From Sphingopyxis sp. (GTDB lineage: Bacteria > Pseudomonadota > Alphaproteobacteria > Sphingomonadales > Sphingomonadaceae): a stretch of 64,000 nt of DNA. Numbering within the stretch: the stretch's first letter is position 1; each line of letters opens with the position of its first letter. A program made the position numbers and the translations under genes. A model generated the notes under the pieces. That model made no database searches, had not been told where the DNA came from, and saw only the letters and a program-made list of their open reading frames with translations. The DNA lies in assembly GCF_016463645.1 (NCBI RefSeq), contig NZ_JAEMQX010000010.1:1165-65164 (forward strand). Direction: 5' to 3'. Shown here piece by piece: positions 27,509 to 37,409 of this stretch.

Positions 27509-30049
27509 TCAGCCCATGCTGCGATCGCGATAGGCGAGCAGGCGAAGCGCGTTGGCGACGACGACGAGGGTCGAGCCTTCGTGCGCCGCGACCGCCGCAC
27601 CGATTCCGAGTCCGAAGATCGTCGCCGGCACGAGGACCACGACGACGCCGAGGCTGACCACCAGATTCTGGCGGATGATGCGGCGCGTCTGGCGGCTAAG
27701 TCCGATCGCGAACGGCAGATGAGCGAGGTCATCGGCCATCAGCGCGACGTCGGCGGTTTCGAGGGCAACATCGGACCCCGCGGCGCCCATCGCGATCCCG
27801 ACGGTGGCGCTCGCCATCGCCGGTGCGTCATTGACGCCGTCACCGACCATGGCGACCGGCTGCTGCGCCTTGAGGTCGCGAATGGCGTCGACCTTCTGAT
27901 CGGGCATCAGGTCGCCCCAGGCCTCGTCGATCCCGACCTCGGCGGCAATCGATTCCGCGACCTTCTGGTGATCGCCCGAAATCATGATCATCCGGCCGAT
28001 GCCGAGCTCGCGCAGTTTGGCGATCGCGGTGCGCGCCGCTTCGCGCGGCGTGTCCATCAGACCGATCGCGCCAAGATCGCGGTCGCCCATACGAACGACC
28101 ATCGTCGTGCGGCCCTGCTCGCGGAGGCCGGCGATCGCAGCCGCCACTTCGCCGCCGATCGGCGCGATGCCGTCGGCACCGAACATTTCGGCCTTGCCGA
28201 TCAGGACGGTTTCGCCCTCGACCTTTGCCGTGACGCCGCGACCCGTCAGGCTGTTAAGGTCGTCCGCCACCGGTACGCGCGTCGACGTCAGCATGGCCTC
28301 GCCATCGCGCGCGATGGCAGCGGCAAGCGGATGATCGCTCAGCCGCTCGACCGCCACCGCGATCCGCAGCAGTTCCTCCTTCGGCACGCCGCTGGCCGGC
28401 AGGACGTCGGTGATGCGCGGCTTTCCTTCGGTGAGCGTTCCCGTCTTGTCGAACGCCAGCGCGGTCAGCGAGCCGAGATTTTCGAGCGGGCCACCGCCTT
28501 TGACCAGCACGCCGCCGCGCGCCGCACGCGCAACGCCCGACAGGACGGCACTCGGCGTCGCGATCGCGAGCGCGCACGGGCTTGCCGCGACAAGGACCGC
28601 CATGGCGCGATAGAAGCTGTCGCGGAACGGCTCGTCGACAACGACCCAGGCGAAGAGCAGGACGAACACAAGCGCGAGCACGCTCGGCACGAAGATGCGC
28701 TCGAACTTGTCGGTGAAGCGCTGGGTCGGCGATTTCTGCGTTTCCGCCTCGCTCACCATCTTCACGACCTTAGCGAGCGTGGTATCGGCCGCAAGACGGG
28801 TTACCGCGATCTCGATCGCGCCATAGCCGTTGATGGTGCCCGCGAAGACGCGATATTTTGCGTCGAGTGCATCGGGCTTTGCCGCGGCCTGCGCACGATC
28901 GGCCACCGGTTCCTTGTCGACGGGGACGCTCTCGCCGGTCACCGGAGCCTGATCTATCGCCGTGCGGCCAACGACGACGAAGCCGTCGGCGGCAAGACGC
29001 TCGTTGGGCTTGACGATGACGGTGTCGCCAATCGCCAGCTGCTCGACCGGGACTTCGCGAGCCGTCCCGTCGGCATCCTTCACCGTCGCGGTCTGCGGCG
29101 CCAGCTCCGCAAGCGCCTCGATTGCGCGCTTGGCGCGGCCCATGGCATAATGTTCGAGCGCATGGCCGAGGCTGAAGAGGAAGAGGAGCAGCGCGCCTTC
29201 GGCCCACGCACCAAGCGCGGCAGCGCCGGCCGCGGCGACGAGCATCAGCGTGTCGATCTCGAAGCGCTTGAGCTTCAGATTCTCGATGGCCTCGCGGACA
29301 GTGAACCAGCCACCGAAGCCATAAGCGGCAATATAGAATGCGAGCGGCACCCACTCCGGCGCCGCGGCGAGCTTCTCGATCGCAAAGCCGATGCCGAGGA
29401 CGAGACCGCACAGCAGCGCGAAGATCAGCTCGGTCCGCTCGCCGAAGATGCCGCCATGATCATGGCCATGGTCGTGGCTATCCTCGCCCGTATGGCCATG
29501 TTTGTGATCTGGCCCATGCGCGTGATCCGGACCATGGTCATGGCCATCATCGCCATGTTGGTGGGCGGCTTGTGCCGGGGCAGCCGCGGCGACGGCAGTC
29601 GATTTCTGAGTGACGCCCATATCCGAGAGTGTCTTTCTGATCATTTCGATGGAGGTCTCCGAGCGCTGGAACTCGGCGCGCAGCGTACCGGCGGCGCCGA
29701 CTTCGGCCTCGATCACGCCCGGCATTTCGCGAAGCTTCAGTCCGATCGTCCGCGCGCGACGGGCGTGGCCGACGCCTTCGAGGTCATCCCAGAAGAGATG
29801 CTGATACTGGCCGGTGAGCTCGGCACCGGCGCTGCGCGCGAGCTGCCGCACGCGTTCGAGCGGGAGAATATCCGGACGGTAATGGATGCAGAGCTGTGGC
29901 GGCGAACCGTCGCTTGAGCGGACAACATGGACCTTGTCGACGCCTTCGCGTCCTTCGAGTTCGCTCGTCAGGCGCGCGACGCAGCGGTCGGCGGTATCGG
30001 CGACTTCGGGGAGGAGAAGCGGAATATCGAGCCGCAACTGGTCACTCAT
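27509..30049 (-). CDS. czcP: P1B-4 Zn/Cd/Co ATPase, CzcP-like, with His-rich N-terminal extension
   Basis: SPC in the TM site; HEGST in the last TM; DKTGTLT; SDHP; His-rich linker HQHGDDGHDHGPDHAHGPDHKHGH. Confidence 0.85.
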   Translation of the reverse strand: MSDQLRLDIPLLLPEVADTADRCVARLTSELEGREGVDKVHVVRSSDGSPPQLCIHYRPDILPLERVRQLARSAGAELTGQYQHLFWDDLEGVGHARRARTIGLKLREMPGVIEAEVGAAGTLRAEFQRSETSIEMIRKTLSDMGVTQKSTAVAAAAPAQAAHQHGDDGHDHGPDHAHGPDHKHGHTGEDSHDHGHDHGGIFGERTELIFALLCGLVLGIGFAIEKLAAAPEWVPLAFYIAAYGFGGWFTVREAIENLKLKRFEIDTLMLVAAAGAAALGAWAEGALLLFLFSLGHALEHYAMGRAKRAIEALAELAPQTATVKDADGTAREVPVEQLAIGDTVIVKPNERLAADGFVVVGRTAIDQAPVTGESVPVDKEPVADRAQAAAKPDALDAKYRVFAGTINGYGAIEIAVTRLAADTTLAKVVKMVSEAETQKSPTQRFTDKFERIFVPSVLALVFVLLFAWVVVDEPFRDSFYRAMAVLVAASPCALAIATPSAVLSGVARAARGGVLVKGGGPLENLGSLTALAFDKTGTLTEGKPRITDVLPASGVPKEELLRIAVAVERLSDHPLAAAIARDGEAMLTSTRVPVADDLNSLTGRGVTAKVEGETVLIGKAEMFGADGIAPIGGEVAAAIAGLREQGRTTMVVRMGDRDLGAIGLMDTPREAARTAIAKLRELGIGRMIMISGDHQKVAESIAAEVGIDEAWGDLMPDQKVDAIRDLKAQQPVAMVGDGVNDAPAMASATVGIAMGAAGSDVALETADVALMADDLAHLPFAIGLSRQTRRIIRQNLVVSLGVVVVLVPATIFGLGIGAAVAAHEGSTLVVVANALRLLAYRDRSMG

Positions 30050-30239
30050 GATGCCATCCTTTTCTGTTGGCGGTCGGCAATGCGATCCGGGCGCATGTTA
30101 AACGCGCGGCAGGATGAGGTGCGGGAGCCATTGCGGGATGCGACCCGGCTCCCGCACCTCCCTGACAGCCGGAAATCCCTGCCCGTGGTGAGGGGGGCGA
30201 TTGAGAGGGGCCTCCGACGGCCAGGTTTCGAATTCAAGA

Positions 30240-30710
30240 TCATGCGCGGCGCCCGCTTGGCCGCGCGTAGCGGGACTGAACTGTCGTGCGACGGAGTTGC
30301 TGTTCGAGCGCCATGTTCGAGCGCTTGAGAAAAACGCTGCAAACCCGCCGCAGAATGGGATAGCCGAGCCATGAGAAGAGACCCGCGCATTCCAGGCGAT
30401 GGGTAACCTCCACCCCTTGGCCGAGCTTTTCGAGCCGGTAGCTCTCCTCGATGACGAGCAGCCCGCGCGTGCCTGTCCGCCAGGAGAAGCCCGTCAGCCA
30501 GTCGAGGCCGGTTATCCGCCCCTCGGATGCAAATTCCGGACCCCGCTTCCCGCGCGGAGAATAGACATAGCCTACGCGCTCATCATCTCCCGGACGATCG
30601 GTGAAACGGAGCGTCGGATGCCAGTCGTCGTACCGCTCGATATCGACGAGCAGTCGCCAGACCCGCCCGATCGGGACCGGCAAGCGGAGCGAGGTGCCTA
30701 CCGAGAACAT
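30240..30710 (-). CDS. SRPBCC/START-like protein (copy 2)
   Basis: PIGRVWRLLVDIERYDDWHP; IEESYRLE...VEVTHRLEC; paralog of 23786-24271. Confidence 0.7.
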   Translation of the reverse strand: MFSVGTSLRLPVPIGRVWRLLVDIERYDDWHPTLRFTDRPGDDERVGYVYSPRGKRGPEFASEGRITGLDWLTGFSWRTGTRGLLVIEESYRLEKLGQGVEVTHRLECAGLFSWLGYPILRRVCSVFLKRSNMALEQQLRRTTVQSRYARPSGRRA

Positions 30711-30791
30711 CGGAGACCTCCTCGCTCGCACGAGCTGGTCCGCGACGCAGGCCGGGGACCTGCGCCGCGGTGTAGACCGGCAAGATGCCGG

Positions 30792-31136
30792 TCAGCTCTG
30801 AACATCGGGGGGCTCCGCGGCGGATTTCCCGCCGAGGATTTCGACCGCTTCGAGCGTGATGAGCCCGATGTCCGGTATTTCGGTCAGCTGCGCCGCAAAG
30901 TCGCGGAGCCGCTGCTCCTCGTCGATGATCTCGATCACGACCGCCCGGTCATTCTCCAGCGCATGCTTGCGGTGGAGATGCGCCGAGCGACCGAAACCGA
31001 GAACCGCTTCGAGCACCGTAACGCCTGCCAGCTTTTGCTGGCGAGCGAGTTCGGAAATGAACTCGAAGACCCGCTGATCACCGAAGAAGGCGGATTCATC
31101 GGTGTAGATGCGCAAGAGCTTGGATGCTTTTGTCAT
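30792..31136 (-). CDS. DUF190-domain (PII-like) protein
   Basis: LLRIYTDE; AGVTVLEAVLGFG; VVIEIID; GLITLEAVE. Confidence 0.85.
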   Translation of the reverse strand: MTKASKLLRIYTDESAFFGDQRVFEFISELARQQKLAGVTVLEAVLGFGRSAHLHRKHALENDRAVVIEIIDEEQRLRDFAAQLTEIPDIGLITLEAVEILGGKSAAEPPDVQS

Positions 31137-31148
31137 GACAGTCTCTCC

Positions 31149-34100
31149 CTATTCCGTGACCGGCTGGACCGCCGACTCCGCTTTTCGCTTGAGGAACTTC
31201 GGCTGCCAGTTCGCCCCGAGGACGACTTTTGCGATCGCGGGGAGAACGAGCAGCGTCAGGATGGTCGCCGCGATGAGACCGCCGATGACGGTCGTCGCGA
31301 GAGGCTTCTGCACCTCGGCACCCGTGCCGGTCGCGATCGCCATCGGCACGAAGCCGATCGCGGGCACGAAGCCGGTCATGATCACCGCACGCATCTTCTC
31401 GGTCATGCCCTCGCGGATTGCCTCCGTGAGCGGGACATCATTCTCGAGCCGTTCGCGGATCGCCGTCATGACGACGAGACCGTTGAGCACCGCGACGCCG
31501 GCAAGGCAGATGAAGCCCACCGCCGCCGACACCGAGAAGTTGATGCCCGTAAGCGCGAGAGTGAACACCCCGCCCGCGAGCCCAAGCGGCACGGCGAGGA
31601 ACACGGCGGTCGCGCGCCCGAACGTGCCGAGCGCCATGTAAAGCAGGATGAAGATGCCCGCGAAGCAGAGCGGCACCACGATCGAGAGCCGCTGCGATGC
31701 GGCCTGCAGACTTTCGAACTGCCCGCCCCATTCGAGGTAATAGCCCGCCGGAAGCTTCACATTGGCGATCTTCGCCTGCGCTTCGGCCACGAAGGATCCC
31801 GCATCGCGGCCTTCGAGGTTCACCTGCACGACGACGCGCCGCTTGCCATTTTCGCGGCTGATCTGGTTGAGCCCTTCGGTCAGCCGGATCTGCGCCACCT
31901 GGGCGAGCGGTATCTGTCCGCGATTGCCGCCCTCGGAGGGCAGCAACACGGGCAGCGCGCGGATGTCGTCGAGATTGACCCGGGTCGCGTCGGGGACGCG
32001 AACCGTGATGTCGAAGCGCCTGTCGCCCTCATAGAGCAGGCCGGATTCCCGCCCGCCGAGCGCCGCCGACACCGTATCGGCAACCTCCTGTACCGAGAGA
32101 CCGTAGCGCGCGATCGCATTGCGATCGAGCTTCACGTCGAGCGTCGGAGCGCCGCCCACTTGGTCGGCCTTGACGCTGCCCGCACCCGGTATGCCCTGGA
32201 GCACGCGCACCATCTCGTTCGCCGCGAGCGACATCTTGTCGAGGTCGTCCCCGTAGAGCTTGATGGCCACGTCGCCGCGAACGCCCGCGATCAGTTCGTT
32301 GAAACGAAGCTGGATCGGCTGGCTGACTTCATAAAGCTGGCCGAGCTGGCCGCCAGCGGCTTTCTCGATACGCTCGACGACATCGGCCTTCGAATCGACA
32401 CCTGCCGGCCACTGATCCTGGGGTTTCAGGATCACGAAACCGTCGGAGATGTTCGGCGGCATCGGGTCGGTCGCCACCTCGGCCGTACCCGTCTTCGAAA
32501 ACATCAGCTCGACTTCGGGCAGGCTCGAGATCGCCGTCTCGACGTTGCGCTGCATGACCAGAGACTGTTCGAGGCTCACCGAAGGCACGCGCGTCGAGGC
32601 AAGCGCCATATTCTTCTCGTCGAGCTGCGGAATGAATTCCGAGCCGAGCAGTCCGAACGCCGGGATCGCAAGGACGAAGAAGGCAAAGCCGCCGGCGATG
32701 AAAGCCCACGGCTTGGCGAGCGCCTTGTCGAGCAAGGGCAGGTAGCGCTCCTTCGACTTGCGGATCGCCCAGACTTCCTTCTCGGCAACCTTGCCGCGAA
32801 TCATCAGCGCGACAAGCGCCGGAACCAGGGTGATCGCGAGAATGAAGGCCGCAACGAGCGCGAGCATGATGGTGATGGCCATCGGCGAGAAGGTCTTCCC
32901 CTCGACGCCCGTAAACATCAGCAACGGCGCGAAGGCCAGTAGGATGATCGCCTGGCCGAAGACGGTCGGTTTGATCATCTCCTGGCTCGCGCGCATCGTC
33001 TCCTCGAGACGTTCGCGAAGGTTGAGCAATCTCCCTTCATGCTCCTGCCGGTGCGCCAGTCTGGCGAGGCAGTTTTCGATGATGATCACCGCCCCGTCGA
33101 CGATCAGACCGAAGTCGAGCGCGCCGAGGCTCATCAGGTTACCGGGGACCCGGAAGGCGTTCATGCCCATCGCCATCATCAGGAAGGAGAAGGGAATGAC
33201 GAGCACCGCGATGATCGCGGCGCGCCAGTTGCCGAGCAGGAAGAAGAGCGCGGCCGCTACGAGCAGCGCGCCTTCGGTGAGGTTCTTTTCAACCGTGCCG
33301 ACGGTTGCGTTCACGAGCTTGGCGCGGTCGAGTACCACCTTCACTTCGACGCCGGGCGGCAGGGTCTTCGACACCTGCGCGATCTTCGCCGAAACATCCT
33401 CCGCAACAGTGCGGCTGTTCTGCCCGATCAGCATGAGCACGGTCCCGATGACCGCCTCCTTGCCGTTCATGCTGCCCGCACCGGTTCTGAGGTCGCCGCC
33501 GATCTTCACATTGGCGAGCTGTCCAACCGTCACGGGCACGCCGCCGCGCGTCGCGACGACGGCGTTGCGGATTTCGTCGACCGAGCGGACGCGTGCATCG
33601 ACGCGCACGAGATAGGCCTCGCCTGCCCGGTTATAGTAGTTGGCACCGACCGCGAGGTTGGCGCGTTCAAGGGCTTCGCCCAGTTCGCTATAGGAAATGC
33701 CGTAGCTGGTGAGGCGGGTCGGATCGGGTTCGACCACGAAGGTCTTGGCATAGCCGCCGATCGAGTCGACGCCGGCGACGCCGCCGACCGACTTCAATTG
33801 CGGGCTGACGATCCAGTCCTGGACCGTGCGAAGATAGCCCGATTTGGCGATCTCGTCGGTGAGGATATCGCCCTCGGGGGTCAGATAGCTGCCGTCGGGT
33901 TGCCAACCTGGTTGGCCCGCGACCTTCTTGGCGCCCTTCCCGTCGGGATTTTTGTAGCCGACGGTGTACATGACGACCTCGCCGAGACCCGTCGTGACGG
34001 GACCGATCTGCGGCTGGGCCCCGTCGGGAAGATTCTCGCCCGCCTGGAGAAGCCGTTCGCCCACCTGCTGGCGCGCGAAATAGAGGTCGGTTTCATCGGT

Positions 34101-34391
34101 GAAGATTGCCGTCACCTGGCTGAAGCCGTTGCGCGAGATCGAGCGTGTCGTCTCGAGCCCCGGAATGCCGGCGAGCGAGATTTCGATCGGATAGGTTACG
34201 AGCTTCTCGATTTCGACCGGCGAGAGACGCGGATCGATCGTGTTGATTTGCACCTGCTTGTTGGTGATGTCGGGAACCGCGTCGATCGGCAGCTTGGTGA
34301 GCTGCCATACGCCGAGTCCCGCGATCACGAGGAAGAGAAAGAGTACCGCCCAGCGCGCGCGGACGGATAGCGCCATCAGTTTCGCGATCAC
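31149..34391 (-). CDS. czcA: CzcA/NccA-type heavy-metal RND permease (system 1)
   Basis: [14 protein letters not shown]; [23 protein letters not shown]; EFIPQLDE; KPLATTVIGG; periplasmic insertion YKNPDG...GDIL. Confidence 0.93.
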   Translation of the reverse strand: MIAKLMALSVRARWAVLFLFLVIAGLGVWQLTKLPIDAVPDITNKQVQINTIDPRLSPVEIEKLVTYPIEISLAGIPGLETTRSISRNGFSQVTAIFTDETDLYFARQQVGERLLQAGENLPDGAQPQIGPVTTGLGEVVMYTVGYKNPDGKGAKKVAGQPGWQPDGSYLTPEGDILTDEIAKSGYLRTVQDWIVSPQLKSVGGVAGVDSIGGYAKTFVVEPDPTRLTSYGISYSELGEALERANLAVGANYYNRAGEAYLVRVDARVRSVDEIRNAVVATRGGVPVTVGQLANVKIGGDLRTGAGSMNGKEAVIGTVLMLIGQNSRTVAEDVSAKIAQVSKTLPPGVEVKVVLDRAKLVNATVGTVEKNLTEGALLVAAALFFLLGNWRAAIIAVLVIPFSFLMMAMGMNAFRVPGNLMSLGALDFGLIVDGAVIIIENCLARLAHRQEHEGRLLNLRERLEETMRASQEMIKPTVFGQAIILLAFAPLLMFTGVEGKTFSPMAITIMLALVAAFILAITLVPALVALMIRGKVAEKEVWAIRKSKERYLPLLDKALAKPWAFIAGGFAFFVLAIPAFGLLGSEFIPQLDEKNMALASTRVPSVSLEQSLVMQRNVETAISSLPEVELMFSKTGTAEVATDPMPPNISDGFVILKPQDQWPAGVDSKADVVERIEKAAGGQLGQLYEVSQPIQLRFNELIAGVRGDVAIKLYGDDLDKMSLAANEMVRVLQGIPGAGSVKADQVGGAPTLDVKLDRNAIARYGLSVQEVADTVSAALGGRESGLLYEGDRRFDITVRVPDATRVNLDDIRALPVLLPSEGGNRGQIPLAQVAQIRLTEGLNQISRENGKRRVVVQVNLEGRDAGSFVAEAQAKIANVKLPAGYYLEWGGQFESLQAASQRLSIVVPLCFAGIFILLYMALGTFGRATAVFLAVPLGLAGGVFTLALTGINFSVSAAVGFICLAGVAVLNGLVVMTAIRERLENDVPLTEAIREGMTEKMRAVIMTGFVPAIGFVPMAIATGTGAEVQKPLATTVIGGLIAATILTLLVLPAIAKVVLGANWQPKFLKRKAESAVQPVTE

Positions 34392-34394
34392 GGT

Positions 34395-35564
34395 TTATTC
34401 CTCCTCGCCCGCGCCCTTGCCGAGTTCGGCCTTGAGCAGGAATGCGTTCTTGGTCGCGACGATCTGGCCCGGCTTCAGCCCGGCGAGGATTTCGACACGG
34501 CCCGCGCTGCGCTGGCCGACGGTCACCTGCTGCGCGCGGAAGCCGTCCTTCGTGCGGACGAACACCACGTCGCGGCCTTCGAGCGTCTGGAGGGCTTCGT
34601 CCGCGATCACGATCCGGGCCGGCCCACCGGTTTCGGCGCCGCGGCTCGGAAGCAGCCGCACCCGGACCGCCAAGCCCGGCTGGAGCGCCCCGGGCACATC
34701 GAGCACGGCGGTTGCCGAGCGCGTGTCGCCCGACAGGCCGGGCGTGACGGCGCGCACGCGGGCATCGATCGTCCGTCCGTCGGGAAGTTCGATGATCGCA
34801 CGGTCTCCGGGCGAGAGCCGCTGGGCATCGGCCGGACCGACGGCGGCCTCGATCTGCACCTTGCTGGGATCGGCAACGCGGAACAATTCGGTTTCGGGCT
34901 GAACGAAGGCGCCAAGGCTGGCGTTCTCGGCCGTGATCCGTCCCGAGATCGGGCTTGCCACGATGACGCTGCTGCCATCGCGCGTGACCTGCGCGGCGCT
35001 CGCTGCGGCACGCGCGCGCTGCGCTTCGGCCGCGGCGGCCGCGGCTTCGGCTTGCGCCTGCTCATAGTCGACGCGCGCCGACACCTTCTGGTCGAACAGG
35101 GTCTTCTCGCGGTGGAGATTTTTCTGCGCGAGCGTCGAGCGCGCATCGGCGGCAATCCGTTCGGCCGCAATCTGGGCGGCGTCGCGGCTTTGCACGATCG
35201 CGATCGTCTCACCGGCGCTGACCGGATCGCCGAGCCGCTTGAAGAGACGGGTGACCGCGCCGCCCGCGCGGGCGGTGACGATCGCCTCGCCGCTCGGCGC
35301 GGCGGTAACGGTCGCTTGCGAGATGATTTCCGAACCGAGTCCGCCGGCGCCGATCGTCTCGACGCCGATCTCGGCGGCCTTGATCGCTTCGGGCGTGATG
35401 GCGAGGCTGCTCGGAAGGGCTTCGCTCGCCGCTTCCTTTTCGCCTTCGGCAGCCGGCGCGGCGGCCGGGTCGGCGGTGCAGCGTGCAACGCCGAAGCCCG
35501 TGACGGCAGCGAGTATCATGGCGCCCGCGACAGTGCCGAGGAGACGCTTGTCCTTGGTGATCAT
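34395..35564 (-). CDS. czcB: CzcB-type RND periplasmic adaptor (system 1)
   Basis: N-terminal TM; SPISGRI; ELFRVAD; GRVEILAGLKPG..VAT.NAFLLKAEL. Confidence 0.9.
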   Translation of the reverse strand: MITKDKRLLGTVAGAMILAAVTGFGVARCTADPAAAPAAEGEKEAASEALPSSLAITPEAIKAAEIGVETIGAGGLGSEIISQATVTAAPSGEAIVTARAGGAVTRLFKRLGDPVSAGETIAIVQSRDAAQIAAERIAADARSTLAQKNLHREKTLFDQKVSARVDYEQAQAEAAAAAAEAQRARAAASAAQVTRDGSSVIVASPISGRITAENASLGAFVQPETELFRVADPSKVQIEAAVGPADAQRLSPGDRAIIELPDGRTIDARVRAVTPGLSGDTRSATAVLDVPGALQPGLAVRVRLLPSRGAETGGPARIVIADEALQTLEGRDVVFVRTKDGFRAQQVTVGQRSAGRVEILAGLKPGQIVATKNAFLLKAELGKGAGEEE

Positions 35565-35673
35565 ATTCTATCTCCGCTGTTGATGCGGTTCGCGCGCCGA
35601 CCGGCGGCGCACCCCTGTTGACTTGGAAGGACGATGGCGAAGGCGCCTCCGTCCACTGGAAGGCTCGGCGCGC

Positions 35674-36981
35674 TCATGGCTGATGATCCGCATCGCCGTC
35701 GGCGGCTGCCTGGCGCGATAGGATGGCGCGGGCTTCGGCCCGGGCCTGGCGCGCCGCGATCAGTTCGGCCTGCGTTGCCGCATAGGCCTGCTGCGCGTCG
35801 ATATATTCGACGAGCGAGGACTTGCCGGCGCGGTAGCTGAGTTCGGCGAGCCGGACACCTTCGCGCGCCTGCTCGATGCCGCTACCCTCAAGCGCCGCGA
35901 GGCGGGCCTCTGCGGCTTCGAGTTCGGCCTGCGCATTGGCGATCTCCGCCTGAGCATTGACCACTGCATTCTCGCGCCGCGCAATGGCGGCGGCGACATC
36001 GGATTTGGCTGCCGAGATGTTGCCGCGGTTGCGGTCGAAGACGGGGAGCGGCACGGAAACATTGGCGATCAATGCGCGATCGCCGGTGTCGCGAAGCTGA
36101 CGCACCCCGAAGCCGACCGACGGATCGAGCCGGCCATCGGCGCGCTGCCCCTGGAGCCGCGCTTCAGCAATCAGCTTCTCGGTTTCTGCCAAGCGAACGT
36201 CGAGCGTCGCGAGCGAGTCCACCGTCTCCGGTGCCACCCACATATCGCCTTCCATCAACTCGGCAGGCGGGACCGAGCTTCCAAGGAGCGCCGCGAGCGA
36301 ACGCCGGGCGGTCCTTTCTTCGGCCTCGGCCGTGCGTAGCTCGGCGGTGGCCTGAACGAGAGCCGCATTGGCGCGGAACGCACGGAGCGGCGGCTCGTTG
36401 CCGGTATCGACCATGGCCTGTGCCACGCGGACGAGTTCGCGGGCACGCGCTTCATTTTCGCGTGCGAGCGCGAGGCTATCGCGGGCCGCGAGAGCGGTCG
36501 CGAACTGGTTGCGGACATCGAGCGCAAGATCTGCGCGTGCAATCTCCAACTTGTACTTCGCGGCCAGAAACTCGGCGTCGGCGAGCGTCATGCGCGACCG
36601 GCGCCGGCCCCCGATATCGAGACGCTGATTGACCGACACGGTCGTTTCGAGACCGTTCAGGCCCGAGTAGGGGCCGGTGCCTGCGAAATTCTCGACATCG
36701 ACATTGAGCGTCGGATTGTAGCGATAGCCCGCCTGACGCTGGCGACCGCGAGCGGCCTCCACTTCGGCTTCGGCGGCAACCACGCGCGGCGAGCGCGCGT
36801 CGGCTTCCTCCATCGCCTGCGCGAGGGACAATCGAGCGGGAAGCGGGCCGGTACGCACGGCCTCGCCTGCGGAAGAAGGCGGTCCCACCAGCTCCGTCGC
36901 TGCCGACTGGGCAGCGGCGGGCGCGGAATTTGAGCCTGCAACGAGCGCCACGAGACTCGCGGCGACAACTATGGATTTCAT
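35674..36981 (-). CDS. czcC: CzcC-type TolC-family outer membrane factor (system 1)
   Basis: YRYNPTL; VSVPLPVFDRNRGNI; YRAGKSSLVEYIDAQ. Confidence 0.9.
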   Translation of the reverse strand: MKSIVVAASLVALVAGSNSAPAAAQSAATELVGPPSSAGEAVRTGPLPARLSLAQAMEEADARSPRVVAAEAEVEAARGRQRQAGYRYNPTLNVDVENFAGTGPYSGLNGLETTVSVNQRLDIGGRRRSRMTLADAEFLAAKYKLEIARADLALDVRNQFATALAARDSLALARENEARARELVRVAQAMVDTGNEPPLRAFRANAALVQATAELRTAEAEERTARRSLAALLGSSVPPAELMEGDMWVAPETVDSLATLDVRLAETEKLIAEARLQGQRADGRLDPSVGFGVRQLRDTGDRALIANVSVPLPVFDRNRGNISAAKSDVAAAIARRENAVVNAQAEIANAQAELEAAEARLAALEGSGIEQAREGVRLAELSYRAGKSSLVEYIDAQQAYAATQAELIAARQARAEARAILSRQAAADGDADHQP

Positions 36982-37046
36982 GAAAAGGAGACTCCTGACG
37001 TTTCCAGGGAGAAGCGCACGCGAAGGGCACGCGCAGACCTAGAGCG

Positions 37047-37409
37047 TCAGGCGATTGGAGGGCGGAACGTCCCGATATAGGCGACGGGCGGCAAGGCGGC
37101 CGTCAGGATGCGCGTATGCGCTTCAGGGGCAGGCGTTTCGGTCGCTGCCGACAGCGATTCCGCCGGGACGCCCGAATGGTGACCGTGGCAGCCATGAGCG
37201 GCGGCAGGCACCTGCTGCTTTTCGCCGGGAGAGGATTTTTTCTTGTCGACTTCGGCGCCTTCGATCGCCGGTGCGGGAACGCAGCCGGCTTCGATCACAG
37301 CAACGAAAAGGCTCGCCTCGGCCCGATCCTCGGTCGCATGTGCGAGCGACCCCGCAACCGTTCCGGATGCAAGGAGAAGGGTCAGGAGGAAGAGGATCAC
37401 CCGTCGCAT
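37047..37409 (-). CDS. Small secreted His/Cys leader protein ending FRPPIA (DUF2946/CzcI-like)
   Basis: Signal peptide; HGCHGHH; immediately upstream of czcC1. Confidence 0.7.
   Translation of the reverse strand: MRRVILFLLTLLLASGTVAGSLAHATEDRAEASLFVAVIEAGCVPAPAIEGAEVDKKKSSPGEKQQVPAAAHGCHGHHSGVPAESLSAATETPAPEAHTRILTAALPPVAYIGTFRPPIA

Noticed and set aside
30046-30390. 114-aa ORF between SRPBCC copy 2 and czcP
   Set aside because: Overlaps the SRPBCC gene by 151 bp, has no motif, and covers a hairpin-containing intergenic region
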